Source: an uncultured Thermococci archaeon | Lineage (GTDB): Archaea; CAYQAE01; CAYVLA01 | Reading direction: 5' to 3' | Assembly: GCA_964549615.1 (NCBI GenBank) | Contig: CAZJVP010000058.1 | Span: 1-22,162, forward strand | Length of the DNA: 22,162 bases | Shown here: positions 9,360 to 18,218 of the stretch, one piece after another | Position numbering within the stretch: the stretch's first letter is position 1 | How the letters are laid out: each line of letters opens with the position of its first letter | Position numbers and translations under genes: made by a program | Notes under the pieces: model-generated | Databases searched by the model: none | The model's input: the letters and a program-made list of their open reading frames with translations, nothing else | Told to the model about the DNA's origin: nothing

Positions 9360-10100
9360 TCAGGAGTCTCTTAGGCGTTGGAAAGGCCGGGTGAACTCTG
9401 CCGCAGGTACAAGCACCTTGCCCGGAACGCGTTGGAAGAGGAGTGCGCCAAGCATCATGCTGGCTAAGACCCACAAGTTCTAGAGGCATACCGATCGTAG
9501 GAAGCGGAAGAGCCTGACGACGTAGCTCTCGATGTGGTTCTCGGCGCGAAGGAGTTCGTCACCGTCCTATACCCGGCCTCGATTCCCCACCTCTTCCCGT
9601 ACAAATCAAAGAGTGCACCCCGCCCCAGGTTTGGAGATTCGTGGCGAACGCTCTCCTCACGCCCTCCTATTTCTTGACCACGGCAGGGTTGCACTTGACC
9701 GTACTCGACCCTCCCGCCATGGTACTCGATGACCGTTCGCCCGACAGCACCCGAAACAACAGCCTTCACCTTCCTGTCCATGGCGGCGAGCATGCGGAAC
9801 CTGAGCTTCCTCACCCGTAGCTCCCGGATTACGCCGGCAGCGCAGAACCCCCAGTCCAGGCAGCAGAACCCCCAGTCCAGATAGACGATGTGGATCCGCA
9901 CCTGCCTGCCGGCAAGGTCCACCACCCTCCCGAGCAGTTTCTACTTGCGAGAGAGTTTATGTACTGGGATCGAACCTAGCGCGAACCTCCTGCCGGCCTC
10001 GACAACGCTGCAGGTCATGAATCTATAGAAGTGCCAGTACCGTTTAGGTGCTTGCCCTCCACGACCGTAGGATCGTTTTGCCGGGACGAACAGGTGATGA
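9360..10100 (-). mobile_element. Decayed DDE transposase (ISH3/IS4-superfamily-like) pseudogene
   Basis: Fragments HFYRFMTCSVVEAGRRFALG, VYLDWGF, AFATNL, LYGKRWGIEAGYR, TTS, VRLFRFL...NLWVL are spread over different frames. In-frame TAG at 9943-9941, further stops and frameshifts, N-terminus missing. Confidence 0.82.
9842..9880. repeat. Tandem duplication, 18-nt unit with 21-nt period
   Basis: GCAGAACCCCCAGTCCAG at 9842-9859 and 9863-9880, giving LDWGFC twice in the transposase. Confidence 0.9.
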
Positions 10101-10105
10101 CGGTC

Positions 10106-11422
10106 TCACCCAGCCTCGACGCCCGTGTTTTGCGCGGCCAGCCTAGCTGCCCTCGAGGCAAGCTCCGACAGCCTGCACTCCTGGTAGCCCCTGACGTGGC
10201 TCTCGACCCTGTCATGGAGAGGCTGCTTCCATGCATTGGGGATCTTCGAGGCACCTATTGCAGCCCCAACTATCGAGCCGGCCGTTGCGCCGTTGCAGTC
10301 GGTGTCCCATCCTCCCATCACGGCGATCCCAACGGTCCTAGTGAAATCGAGCTCGCCGTAGATCAGGGCAAGAACCACATTAAGGGCATTGTTGATGGTG
10401 TGGACCGGCGAATAGTGGCCGTAGTTCTGCTTGACAAGCGACCAGCAGTCCTGCCATGAATCTTCCCTTCGCGACCACTCCACCACGTTTCGGACGGCCT
10501 CCGACAGCCTGCTTCTGGCCGGGATGACGGAGAGGCCGGCATCAATGATCTTCTCGGGCTCTTCCAGACAGAAAGCTGCTGCGACCATGGCGGATGCCAT
10601 CATCTCCCCGTAGATGCCGTTCTTGACGTGGCTGATCCTAGCGTCCCGGAATGCAAGCTCCGCCGCAGATGACGGCCTGCCCGCCATGGCATAGCCCCAG
10701 GCGTCAGCCCGGATCTGGGCGCCGATCCACTCCCTGTACGGATTGAGATGGATCGCGGTCTGGGGTATCGGGATTTGGTTCACAAGGTTGCGATAGGCTA
10801 CCCTCTCCGCCGTGTATACGGAGCCGTACTGCAGCCGGGCAAGCCACTCGCCCGCAATCTGCTCGCTCGTCACATTCGGCCCAAAGGATTCAAGCACGTG
10901 TAGCCCCAGGATGGTGTAGTCCACGTCGTCATCCCTCGGCATGTGGTCGATCTCCCCCCGATACAATCCCTGGGGCTTCCGCTTTTCCTGGGTACGGGAC
11001 GGTCGGGGGAAGTAATCATCCAAAGGATATGCGCCCTCTGACAGCAGGCATTCCTCAATGCGCTCCTTGGTCCATCCCTCCACCGGCTTGCCCAGCAGAC
11101 ACCCTGCGCAGCGTCCGAGCCACGCGCCAAGCATCCGGTCCAGGAGGTTCTCGATCTTGACCTCTGAAGGCCTAGTCCACCCGCCGGGGCTAGCCGCCTT
11201 GATTTCATCAAGATCGGATGGCTCCGAGTATCGCCACCCAGGCCGGGGCGGCAAGGCGTAGAGCTCGTGCCAAAGGGACTCGAGCTCCTGGACGCTTGCG
11301 TGATCCCTTCTTGCCTTGAACTTCGCCTCCAAGGGCGAGGGATCGCATCCCTCCTCTCTCTTCTGGACGATCTCGCCCGCAACTATCTCGGCCAACCACC
11401 TCGTCCGATCGTCCATGCTCAC
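10106..11422 (-). CDS. ADP-ribosylglycohydrolase (DraG/ARH) family protein, long form
   Basis: GAWLGRCAGCLLGKPVEG, RDDDVDYT, WIGAQIRAD, SHVKNGIYG and WDTDCNGATAGS motifs. Start is GTG 11422 or ATG 11416. Confidence 0.92.
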   Translation of the reverse strand: MSMDDRTRWLAEIVAGEIVQKREEGCDPSPLEAKFKARRDHASVQELESLWHELYALPPRPGWRYSEPSDLDEIKAASPGGWTRPSEVKIENLLDRMLGAWLGRCAGCLLGKPVEGWTKERIEECLLSEGAYPLDDYFPRPSRTQEKRKPQGLYRGEIDHMPRDDDVDYTILGLHVLESFGPNVTSEQIAGEWLARLQYGSVYTAERVAYRNLVNQIPIPQTAIHLNPYREWIGAQIRADAWGYAMAGRPSSAAELAFRDARISHVKNGIYGEMMASAMVAAAFCLEEPEKIIDAGLSVIPARSRLSEAVRNVVEWSRREDSWQDCWSLVKQNYGHYSPVHTINNALNVVLALIYGELDFTRTVGIAVMGGWDTDCNGATAGSIVGAAIGASKIPNAWKQPLHDRVESHVRGYQECRLSELASRAARLAAQNTGVEAG

Positions 11423-11516
11423 GCCCAGGCCCTTTCCCAAGCGACCTAGAAAACGGTTTTGCCACCGCATCCCCGCATGTACTCCATCTATTAACCCGCG
11501 ACCCTCCGCTTCCCGC

Positions 11517-12263
11517 ATGGACGAGAGGTTCACGGTCCTGAACAAGGGCATGAAGATCGTTGGGATCCGGAACATTCCCCGCGACCGGCCCAGACCCACG
11601 GCCATCCTGCTACACGGCTTCACCGGCTCCAAGAACGAGGCCCACGACCTCTTCCTCAAGGCCTCCAACCACCTGGTCTCCCGCGGGTTCAGCACGGTAA
11701 GGTTCGACTTCCGGTATGGAAAGGCCGGGACAAACCTCAACGAGAGCGAGGGAGAGATCGCCGACATGACCCCCTCCGAATGGATCAGCGATGCTAGGAG
11801 GATGGTGAGCCTCGTCTCCAGGGATCCTGGAGTCGACGCGTCCAGGATCGCCCTCATCGGAATCAGCATGGGCGGATTGACGGCCATCTGCGAGGCCGCC
11901 AACGACGAAAGGGTAGCCGCGGTTGTCGCGTGGTCAGCGCCGTCGGACCTATCTCAAGACGAGGCCCGACTCAGGAGGTTGGAGTCGATCGTGTCCCGAA
12001 GATCCGATGCCTTCAGGCGCAGCGTCGAGAGGAATGTCCCCAGAAGGAGCGTTTCCGGGATATCGCCCAGGCCGGTCCTCATCGTCCACGGCTCGGCCGA
12101 TGACGTCGTGTCGATCAGGGAGGCTCACGAGCTCTTCGAGAACGCGAAGGATCCCCGGTCGCTCTACGTTATCGGCGGAGCAGACCACACCTTCAGCAGA
12201 AACGAGGCCGAGGTCATCGAGACGACCGCATCCTGGCTTGGTTGGGCCCTGCGGTCGGGCTAG
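11517..12263 (+). CDS. Alpha/beta-fold serine hydrolase
   Basis: LLHGFTG oxyanion loop, GISMGG nucleophile elbow, HGSADDVV Asp and GADHTF His. Start ATG 11517. Confidence 0.92.
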   Translation: MDERFTVLNKGMKIVGIRNIPRDRPRPTAILLHGFTGSKNEAHDLFLKASNHLVSRGFSTVRFDFRYGKAGTNLNESEGEIADMTPSEWISDARRMVSLVSRDPGVDASRIALIGISMGGLTAICEAANDERVAAVVAWSAPSDLSQDEARLRRLESIVSRRSDAFRRSVERNVPRRSVSGISPRPVLIVHGSADDVVSIREAHELFENAKDPRSLYVIGGADHTFSRNEAEVIETTASWLGWALRSG

Positions 12264-12326
12264 TGCCGCCACCTTCCAACCGCTCCTTCCTGCAAGGCCT
12301 ACACCCGCGAATCCAGGCTTTACTTC

Positions 12327-13625
12327 TCAGCTCCCCTTCACTATGGTCGCATCGCGATCCTGCCCCAGGGAAATGATGTCCACGTTCGTCCTGAGGGACC
12401 GTTGGACGTAGGCGATGTACTCCCGCAGAGCCATCGGCAGCTCCTCATAACCCCGCCCGGCCACTTCCTTCCACACAGCCGCCGGAAGGTCTGGCCATCC
12501 GGGCAACGTCTCGTAGACCGGGCGGCACGCGGACAGAACCCGCATGTTCGCCGGGAACTCGGTGATCTCCTCACCATCGTGCTCATAGGCAACCGCGACC
12601 TTGACCTCGCGCAGGCCTCCCAGCACATCCAGCTTCGTCATCGCAAGGCTCGATATCCCGTTGACGCGCAGCGCATACCGCACCATGACGAGGTCAAGCC
12701 AGCCGCAACGCCTAGGCCTCCTTGTCACCGTCCCGTACTCGCCGCCCTTCTCGCGGATGCGAGATGCCATCGGCTCGTCGAGCTCGGTCGGGAAGGGTCC
12801 CTCCCCCACCCTGCTCGTGTAGGCCTTGACGATTCCGACCACCTGGTCGATTCTCGTGGGGGAGATTCCCGTTCCGGTGCATGCACCGCCGGCGATCGTG
12901 TTGGACGACGTCCCGTAAGGGTAGATCCCGTGATCGATGTCGAGGTGCGTTCCCTGGGCACCCTCCAGAAGAACGTTCTTGCCCTCGTCGATCGCCCGGT
13001 TCAGCAGAAGCGAGGTGTCAGCGACATACCTCTTCAGCATGGTTCCCTTCTCAAGGCACCACTTCACCAGCTCCTCCTTGGACAGTCCGAGTTTCAGGCC
13101 GTACGCGCCGAGTAGCTTTTCCCTGAGCGGGTAGTACACATCCAACTTGGCTCTGAGGCTTTCCTCGTCAAGCAGGTCACAGATCCTGATCCCCGTCCTG
13201 GTGACCTTGTCGCCGTAGCAGGGGCCGATCCCCCTGCCCGTGCTGCCCGAGCTTAGCTTGCCGACCAAGGATTTCTCCGCCTCGTCAAGGATTTTGTGAT
13301 AGGGCATGACCACGTGAGCCCTATCGCTCAGCCAGAGCCTCACCTCCCTTCCAGTCCTCTCCTCTATGTCGGCTATCTCGCCGAGCAGCTGCTCCGCGTC
13401 CACCACAACCCCGTTGCAGATTGCCGTCTGCTTCTGTCTGACAGCTCCGGACGGCAGAAGCCTGAACGCAAAACGCTGGCCCTCGGCGACCACGGTGTGC
13501 CCCGCGTTGGCGCCGCCGTTGAAACGCGCGATTACGTCGAAGCTCGACGCGAGGAGATCCACTATCTTGCCCTTGCCCTCATCGCCGAACTGGGTCCCGA
13601 CGACGACCTTGACCGTCAAGTCCAC
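12327..13625 (-). CDS. purA: Adenylosuccinate synthetase
   Basis: QFGDEGKGK, GGANAGHT, EGAQG, EYGTVTRRPRRCGWLD and TKLDVL motifs. Confidence 0.99.
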   Translation of the reverse strand: MDLTVKVVVGTQFGDEGKGKIVDLLASSFDVIARFNGGANAGHTVVAEGQRFAFRLLPSGAVRQKQTAICNGVVVDAEQLLGEIADIEERTGREVRLWLSDRAHVVMPYHKILDEAEKSLVGKLSSGSTGRGIGPCYGDKVTRTGIRICDLLDEESLRAKLDVYYPLREKLLGAYGLKLGLSKEELVKWCLEKGTMLKRYVADTSLLLNRAIDEGKNVLLEGAQGTHLDIDHGIYPYGTSSNTIAGGACTGTGISPTRIDQVVGIVKAYTSRVGEGPFPTELDEPMASRIREKGGEYGTVTRRPRRCGWLDLVMVRYALRVNGISSLAMTKLDVLGGLREVKVAVAYEHDGEEITEFPANMRVLSACRPVYETLPGWPDLPAAVWKEVAGRGYEELPMALREYIAYVQRSLRTNVDIISLGQDRDATIVKGS

Positions 13626-13743
13626 AACTCCGACCCCGTTCCTGAGTTGTGGCTCTTATAGATCTAATCCGTGCAGGAATCCCGACCCGGCTGCGGCGGA
13701 CCGTCAGCCGGAATGTAGCCCCTTGCCAGGAGCCGAACGGCCA

Positions 13744-14079
13744 TCATCGGGCGCTTCTCGAGCGAGCCGGCTTGTGCGGCGCCGGTCGCTGGCGGGCCAC
13801 ATCGTGTGCGATCGCCGGCACGGGCTTGGGCTGAAGCCGCGCCGGGGACGGGGCGACGATCTCAGCCGGGTCTGCGACGGGTCCAACGAAGACCCGTTGC
13901 ATCGGCTTCTGGGAGATGCAATACTCGCACAGCATGTAGGACGGTCTCTTGTTCTTCAGCTTAACTCTCCGGAGGCATGCGCTGTGGAAGAGCCTCAGAC
14001 ATCCTATGCATTCCGTTGCGGTCCCGTTTATCCTCTTCCCACATCGTGCGCATTTCTGCTCGATTGCCCTTCTGCCCAT
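13744..14079 (-). CDS. Small zinc-finger protein with PHD-like C4-H-C3 pattern and a Pro/Arg-rich tail
   Basis: CARC-x10-CIGC-x4-H-x2-C-x15-CEYC; GGTGGAGG upstream of ATG 14079. Confidence 0.7.
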   Translation of the reverse strand: MGRRAIEQKCARCGKRINGTATECIGCLRLFHSACLRRVKLKNKRPSYMLCEYCISQKPMQRVFVGPVADPAEIVAPSPARLQPKPVPAIAHDVARQRPAPHKPARSRSAR

Positions 14080-14536
14080 ATTCTGCCCAACCCTCCACCT
14101 TCATCCGTGCTGAAACTGAAACTTCGTAGCCTTCAGGCAAGCCACCTCATCGGACGGATTTCCGAACCTGAACCCCCTTCTGGTCACGGATAACGATTAG
14201 CTGCAGCCTAGAAAAAGCTTGCATCGCTACCGTGTCTGGCGGTTTGAAGCCCTAACCAAGAGATGTGCTGTGGAGCCGGGCGGGAGCAATCCTCTGCCGT
14301 GCCGTACGTCGGGATCGGGGACGGGGACATCATCGCGCCTGATTCCACATCGGCGGCCCAACCCGCGTCCGGGTCCATCCTTGACCGGAAGCGCCCCACG
14401 CAAAACCTGAGTCTCCGGCATCCAAGCGATCCTTCCAACCTCTTGGATGGCGTTCCCTTTGGGCCCCGACCGTATGCGCCAGCCTTTTAAGACCTTGCGG
14501 AGCTCCCGTCAATGGCCGATGTTCCGACGCGCCCGC

Positions 14537-15847
14537 CTAGGGCTTGAACGGTTCGAACCCCAGCCTGAAGAACTCGTTGGGGTTGTTGAAGAGCCAGTCG
14601 GCGGCCACCTGCTCCACATCGCTCCTCTCGAGCCAGCCCCTTGACACCGATCGCGCTAGGGCACCTGCAATGACGTCCCTCGCGATCTCTAGGTGGCAGG
14701 CCGCGTACTCCACACAATCGCCATAGTCGGCCCCGAAGCCGTGGATCTTGGAATGGGGAACCGTCACGATGGAGTTGGCCATCAGCTGCTCGGTGTAGAA
14801 GGGATCGATGATGTTCACCCAGCAGCAGTCGATGGATGCGTTGGGGTAGTTCTTCGCCAGGTAGAGAAGCTCGCCCAAGTAGGGCCAGTTCCCGTGGAAG
14901 AGGTCGAAGTTGACGTTCCTGTGCAGCTCAAGCACGGAGGTGAAGTTCGCGGCGTTCGTCTTCACGATATCGTTCCTCCAACCCGCCATGTGGCCGGTGT
15001 GGATCTGCACGGGCAGACCAAGCTTTCGCGCCATCCTCATGAAAGCATGGAAGAGGTAGTCGTCCAGAGGCTTGGCCTCCGGCCAGCCGAGGCTCCTCCT
15101 AGGGTCCTCCATGATGAAGTTGAAGAGCTTCTCGGCCGCCTCCCGGGGCACATTATCGTACCTGATCGTCCTGCTGTACGCAGACTGGTCCTTGAATCCG
15201 ACCGCGCCCGCGTCCTTCATCCCGGAGAAGATCTGCATGCACACGTCCAAATACTCGTCCAGATCCGAGACCGATCCGTCCACGATCCTAGCAATCCCTT
15301 CCACTCCCGGCTGGCTCCTGACCGAATGGAACCCCGGAAGGGGGATCAGAAGCCGATCCAGACGGTACATCTTATGCTTTCCCGAGATGAATTCCTTCAG
15401 GTCCGGGTTGACGTTGACTAACCTGCACTTGATGTGCGCCTTGTCCAGAATTTCTGCATAGACCTTCTCGTCCCTGAGCTCGAGCAGCTTTTTGCCGACC
15501 CGCTTGACCGCCTCAAGGCTCATCTCTTGCTCCCCGTAGAAATCGCGGAGGACGAGCTTGGTCACCCTTGCGTAGGCGGTGTGCTTGGTGCGGTTCCAAA
15601 GCTTCTCGAATATCGGCCATTTCTCCTCCGTGGGGATGGTCTGATCGTTCAGCTTTCCCAGCGCGGCCTCCCCGCCGGCCGAGACCAGGTCGCTTTGGAA
15701 GTAGCCCTGGATCAGGGCCGTGATCGGTTCCTTGTAGTCCGGGGCCGTCTTAGGGCCCATGGTATGGTCGTGGCAGTCGATGACCGGAAAGTCCTTTATC
15801 GATTCCAGTATCTCGGAGCGAAGCTCGTCCACGTCCATGATAGACAC
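14537..15847 (-). CDS. Amidohydrolase-superfamily metallohydrolase (amidohydro_2/uronate-isomerase-like)
   Basis: IDCHDH, GFKDQSAY, VQIHTG, LFHGNWPY, FGADY and NPNEFF motifs. Confidence 0.9.
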   Translation of the reverse strand: MSIMDVDELRSEILESIKDFPVIDCHDHTMGPKTAPDYKEPITALIQGYFQSDLVSAGGEAALGKLNDQTIPTEEKWPIFEKLWNRTKHTAYARVTKLVLRDFYGEQEMSLEAVKRVGKKLLELRDEKVYAEILDKAHIKCRLVNVNPDLKEFISGKHKMYRLDRLLIPLPGFHSVRSQPGVEGIARIVDGSVSDLDEYLDVCMQIFSGMKDAGAVGFKDQSAYSRTIRYDNVPREAAEKLFNFIMEDPRRSLGWPEAKPLDDYLFHAFMRMARKLGLPVQIHTGHMAGWRNDIVKTNAANFTSVLELHRNVNFDLFHGNWPYLGELLYLAKNYPNASIDCCWVNIIDPFYTEQLMANSIVTVPHSKIHGFGADYGDCVEYAACHLEIARDVIAGALARSVSRGWLERSDVEQVAADWLFNNPNEFFRLGFEPFKP

Positions 15848-15900
15848 CGGGGCCCGAGGACTTCGGGTCGCTCTTAATTGTAACCCAGCGCCCCGCAGGC

Positions 15901-16350
15901 TCAGACCTGGCTCTGCGTGTACCTGAGCTCCTCCTGGCTTGTGATCTTCTTTGCGCCGGCGATCTGGTCCGGAGGCCAGGGGACGCTCGCCCTCAGGCCT
16001 TCGATGCCACCCTTCCCTGGCGGCGGCTGCACATACTCTACGGCGTAGTGGAAGTTCTCGTCGTCGAAGAAGATGAAATAGCTACTCGACCTGATGTCAA
16101 TCGGCTTCTTGGTTATGGAGAACGGGCTGGTATCCTTCAGGGCGCCGTATGGTATGTACAAAAGCGGCTTCAATTCCAGTCCGCGTGGCAAAAGAAGTTG
16201 TAAAGTCTTTCCTCGCGACAGTCCAGGTAAGTGAACCCGACAGTGTTGTAAAAAGCATTCTTGCCGCGGTCCATCTCTGCTATCAGCGATCAAAGATGAT
16301 GAAGGCCGACGCCGCAGCCACAGGTACAGCCGGAAGGGTGTCGCCCTTTG
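15901..16350 (-). pseudogene. Possible frameshifted hypothetical gene
   Basis: Protein-like segments in three successive frames (..AVPVAAASAFIIF / SLIAEMDRGKNAFYNTVGFTYLDC.. / LLYIPYGALKD...YFIFFDDENFHYAVEY..). No family recognised. Confidence 0.3.
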
Positions 16351-16536
16351 ATCTCGGAGGGCTCACCGCGAGGTGCTGGGAACCATCCTTGCTCACGTTT
16401 CCCTTATGGGAAGCCTGCGCACACAGGTCTTGGCGCGGCGCCAAGAAATGTATCCCATCTTGGCCGCTGCGCACTGCGCGCAGTAGCATCCGCATGCGGT
16501 TAGTGGGAAGGCGATACCGGTTCAAAGCGGGGTGCC

Positions 16537-16818
16537 TCACCACATGGGCATCGTCAGATTCGCGACCTCGGCCAACCTCGGAACTATCACGATGAGAATG
16601 ACCCAGACCGCGGCAACGACGCCGATCACGATCAGGTCCATGCCCTCATCCGCCACGATCCCGCGCCTCGGACCGTCCCTGTATGGCAGACGACCTCTCT
16701 CCCAATACTCCACATAGTGCCTTGAATGTATGGGGTAGCACTCCCCCTCGCAGAGGACGTACCTCCTGCCTATCAGCGATCTGAACTCTTCGCCGCAGTA
16801 CCGACACCAATCGCCCAA
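16537..16818 (-). CDS. Small protein with CxxC/C..H putative zinc site and C-terminal TM helix
   Basis: From TTG 16818: (M)GDWCRYCGEEF...LCEGECYPIHSRH...MDLIVIGVVAAVWVILIVIVPR. The upstream extension in the ORF track overlaps the radical SAM gene. Confidence 0.55.
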   Translation of the reverse strand: MGDWCRYCGEEFRSLIGRRYVLCEGECYPIHSRHYVEYWERGRLPYRDGPRRGIVADEGMDLIVIGVVAAVWVILIVIVPRLAEVANLTMPMW

Positions 16819-16955
16819 CTTCCGCGTCCCCCGATTGCTTGCAGCAGCTGCCCCGAATAACCGCTGCTGCCTATCAAATCTTTCCCCGCCGTGCAGACTA
16901 ACCCCAGCTAAGCGAGGAAAGCTCTTAAGAGGCAAGCAGGACACACCAGCCCTGC

Positions 16956-17789
16956 TTGAAAGCCTACCCCAGATACCTGACCCCAGGCTTTGAGCCGTTC
17001 GATCCCCTCGAACTTGCAAGGGAAACGGAGGCGATCGTGTGCAAGGGAGACCAGAGAAAGTATACTGACTTCTACTCAACCGGAGTCTACGGCGGGATAG
17101 CAACGGGTTATGCATGTGGATGCTGCCTCCGCTGCGTCTTCTGCTGGGTGGGTTGGAGCCGCGACTTCCCTGAGCGCTTCGGGCGGTTCTACTCGGCAAG
17201 CGAAGTCTTCGCGAAGCTCAAAGAGGCTGCAAGGAAGGCCGGCGTCAGCCAGCTTAGGATATCCGGGGCCGAGCCAACCCTTGGCAAGCAGCATCTGTTA
17301 TCGTTGCTCGAAAGCGTCGAAAGATCCGAGTTCAACCGCTTCATCCTAGAGACGAACGGCATCGTCCTCGGGGCGGATCCAGACTTCGTGCAGTCCATCG
17401 GGGAGTTCAACAAGCTGCATGTGAGAATCTCGCTGAAAGCCGGGACGCCAGAAGCCTTCACGAGAAAGACGGGGGCAAGGCCCGAAAGCTTCGAACTTCC
17501 GTTCAAAGCGATCAAGGCCCTGCTTGACTCGGGCGTCAGCTTTCACGTGGCCGCCATGACGGCCGACCCAAGGGTCACAAGCTGGCAGGAAAGGCAGGCT
17601 CTGGTCCAGAGATTGGCAGAGATAGAGCCCGCTCTGGGCTACAAGCTGGAGGAGGAAGTCGTCGACCCCTACGAAACCACCCTCGCCAGGCTCAGATATG
17701 CCGGCTGCGAGCTCGAATGGCCCCTGAAGGCGGTGTACCCGCGCCTCCGGCCCACAATGCCCCAAATTTCGAGCCGGCGGAGGGGCTAA
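16956..17789 (+). CDS. Radical SAM protein (archaeal COG5014-like)
   Basis: YGGIATG..CGCCLRCVFCW contains the CxxxCxxC motif; also RISGAEPT, ILETNG and VRISLK. TATA-like CTCTTAAGAG ~30 nt upstream. Confidence 0.92.
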   Translation: MKAYPRYLTPGFEPFDPLELARETEAIVCKGDQRKYTDFYSTGVYGGIATGYACGCCLRCVFCWVGWSRDFPERFGRFYSASEVFAKLKEAARKAGVSQLRISGAEPTLGKQHLLSLLESVERSEFNRFILETNGIVLGADPDFVQSIGEFNKLHVRISLKAGTPEAFTRKTGARPESFELPFKAIKALLDSGVSFHVAAMTADPRVTSWQERQALVQRLAEIEPALGYKLEEEVVDPYETTLARLRYAGCELEWPLKAVYPRLRPTMPQISSRRRG

Positions 17790-17987
17790 GTCCGGACTGC
17801 TGGGAAGCCGCGGGCCATCCGCACAGCCGTCTCTCGGACGAGATCCGCGGGCAGATTTGAAAGACCGAGATGGTCTGAAGAAGCGCAGGCCTTTCCCTAG
17901 GGGTTGAGCGAATCGCCAACTTTCATCTCATGAGGCTCTCTCATCAATTCGCGGAGTGGAAGACCCCATTGCGTGTGAGAGGGCATA

Positions 17988-18085
17988 TGGGCCCGTCGGG
18001 ACTTGAACCCAAGAACTTCGCCTGTTTGAAACGGGGAACCCCGCTCACGTCAAGGCGACGTCATAACCAACTAGACCACGGGCCC
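17988..18085 (-). tRNA. tRNA-Val(GAC) with 24-nt intron at position 37/38 (18024-18047); CCA not encoded
   Basis: GGGCCCG/CGGGCCC acceptor stem, D-loop AGTTGGTT, TCGCC/GGCGA anticodon stem, GAC at 18051-18049, TTCAAGT T-loop; mature length 74 nt. BHB motif: TTGA/TCAA helix with CG|T and AC|A bulges. Confidence 0.96.
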
Positions 18086-18107
18086 CATGCCCACGGCCGG
18101 AAAAACG

Positions 18108-18122
18108 GATTTAAATCTTACC
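18108..18122 (-). promoter_or_regulatory. tRNA promoter TATA box
   Basis: GATTTAAATC with TTTAAA at 18110-18115, 25-30 nt upstream of the tRNA 5' end. Confidence 0.7.
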
Positions 18123-18218
18123 GCAAGCGCGGGCTTGCACGCCTCCGCACACCCACCGATCCCTTCAAGCCTAAGCCTAGGGAGAAAGCGATTTCAGGCC
18201 CGGACACCATCTTGATCC

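Noticed and set aside
11423-11902. N-terminal extension of the 598-aa ORF (and the 11316 start of the hydrolase)
   Set aside because: Mutual antisense overlap of two divergent genes; the true starts are near 11422 and 11517.
14270-14300. GGGAGCA as SRP RNA helix 8
   Set aside because: Lacks the matching CCAGG-GNRA arm and the Alu domain.
15848-15870. GGGCCCGAGGACTTCGGG as a possible att copy of the tRNA 3' end
   Set aside because: Only ~7 nt are identical, it is better explained as a local hairpin, and no integrase is present.
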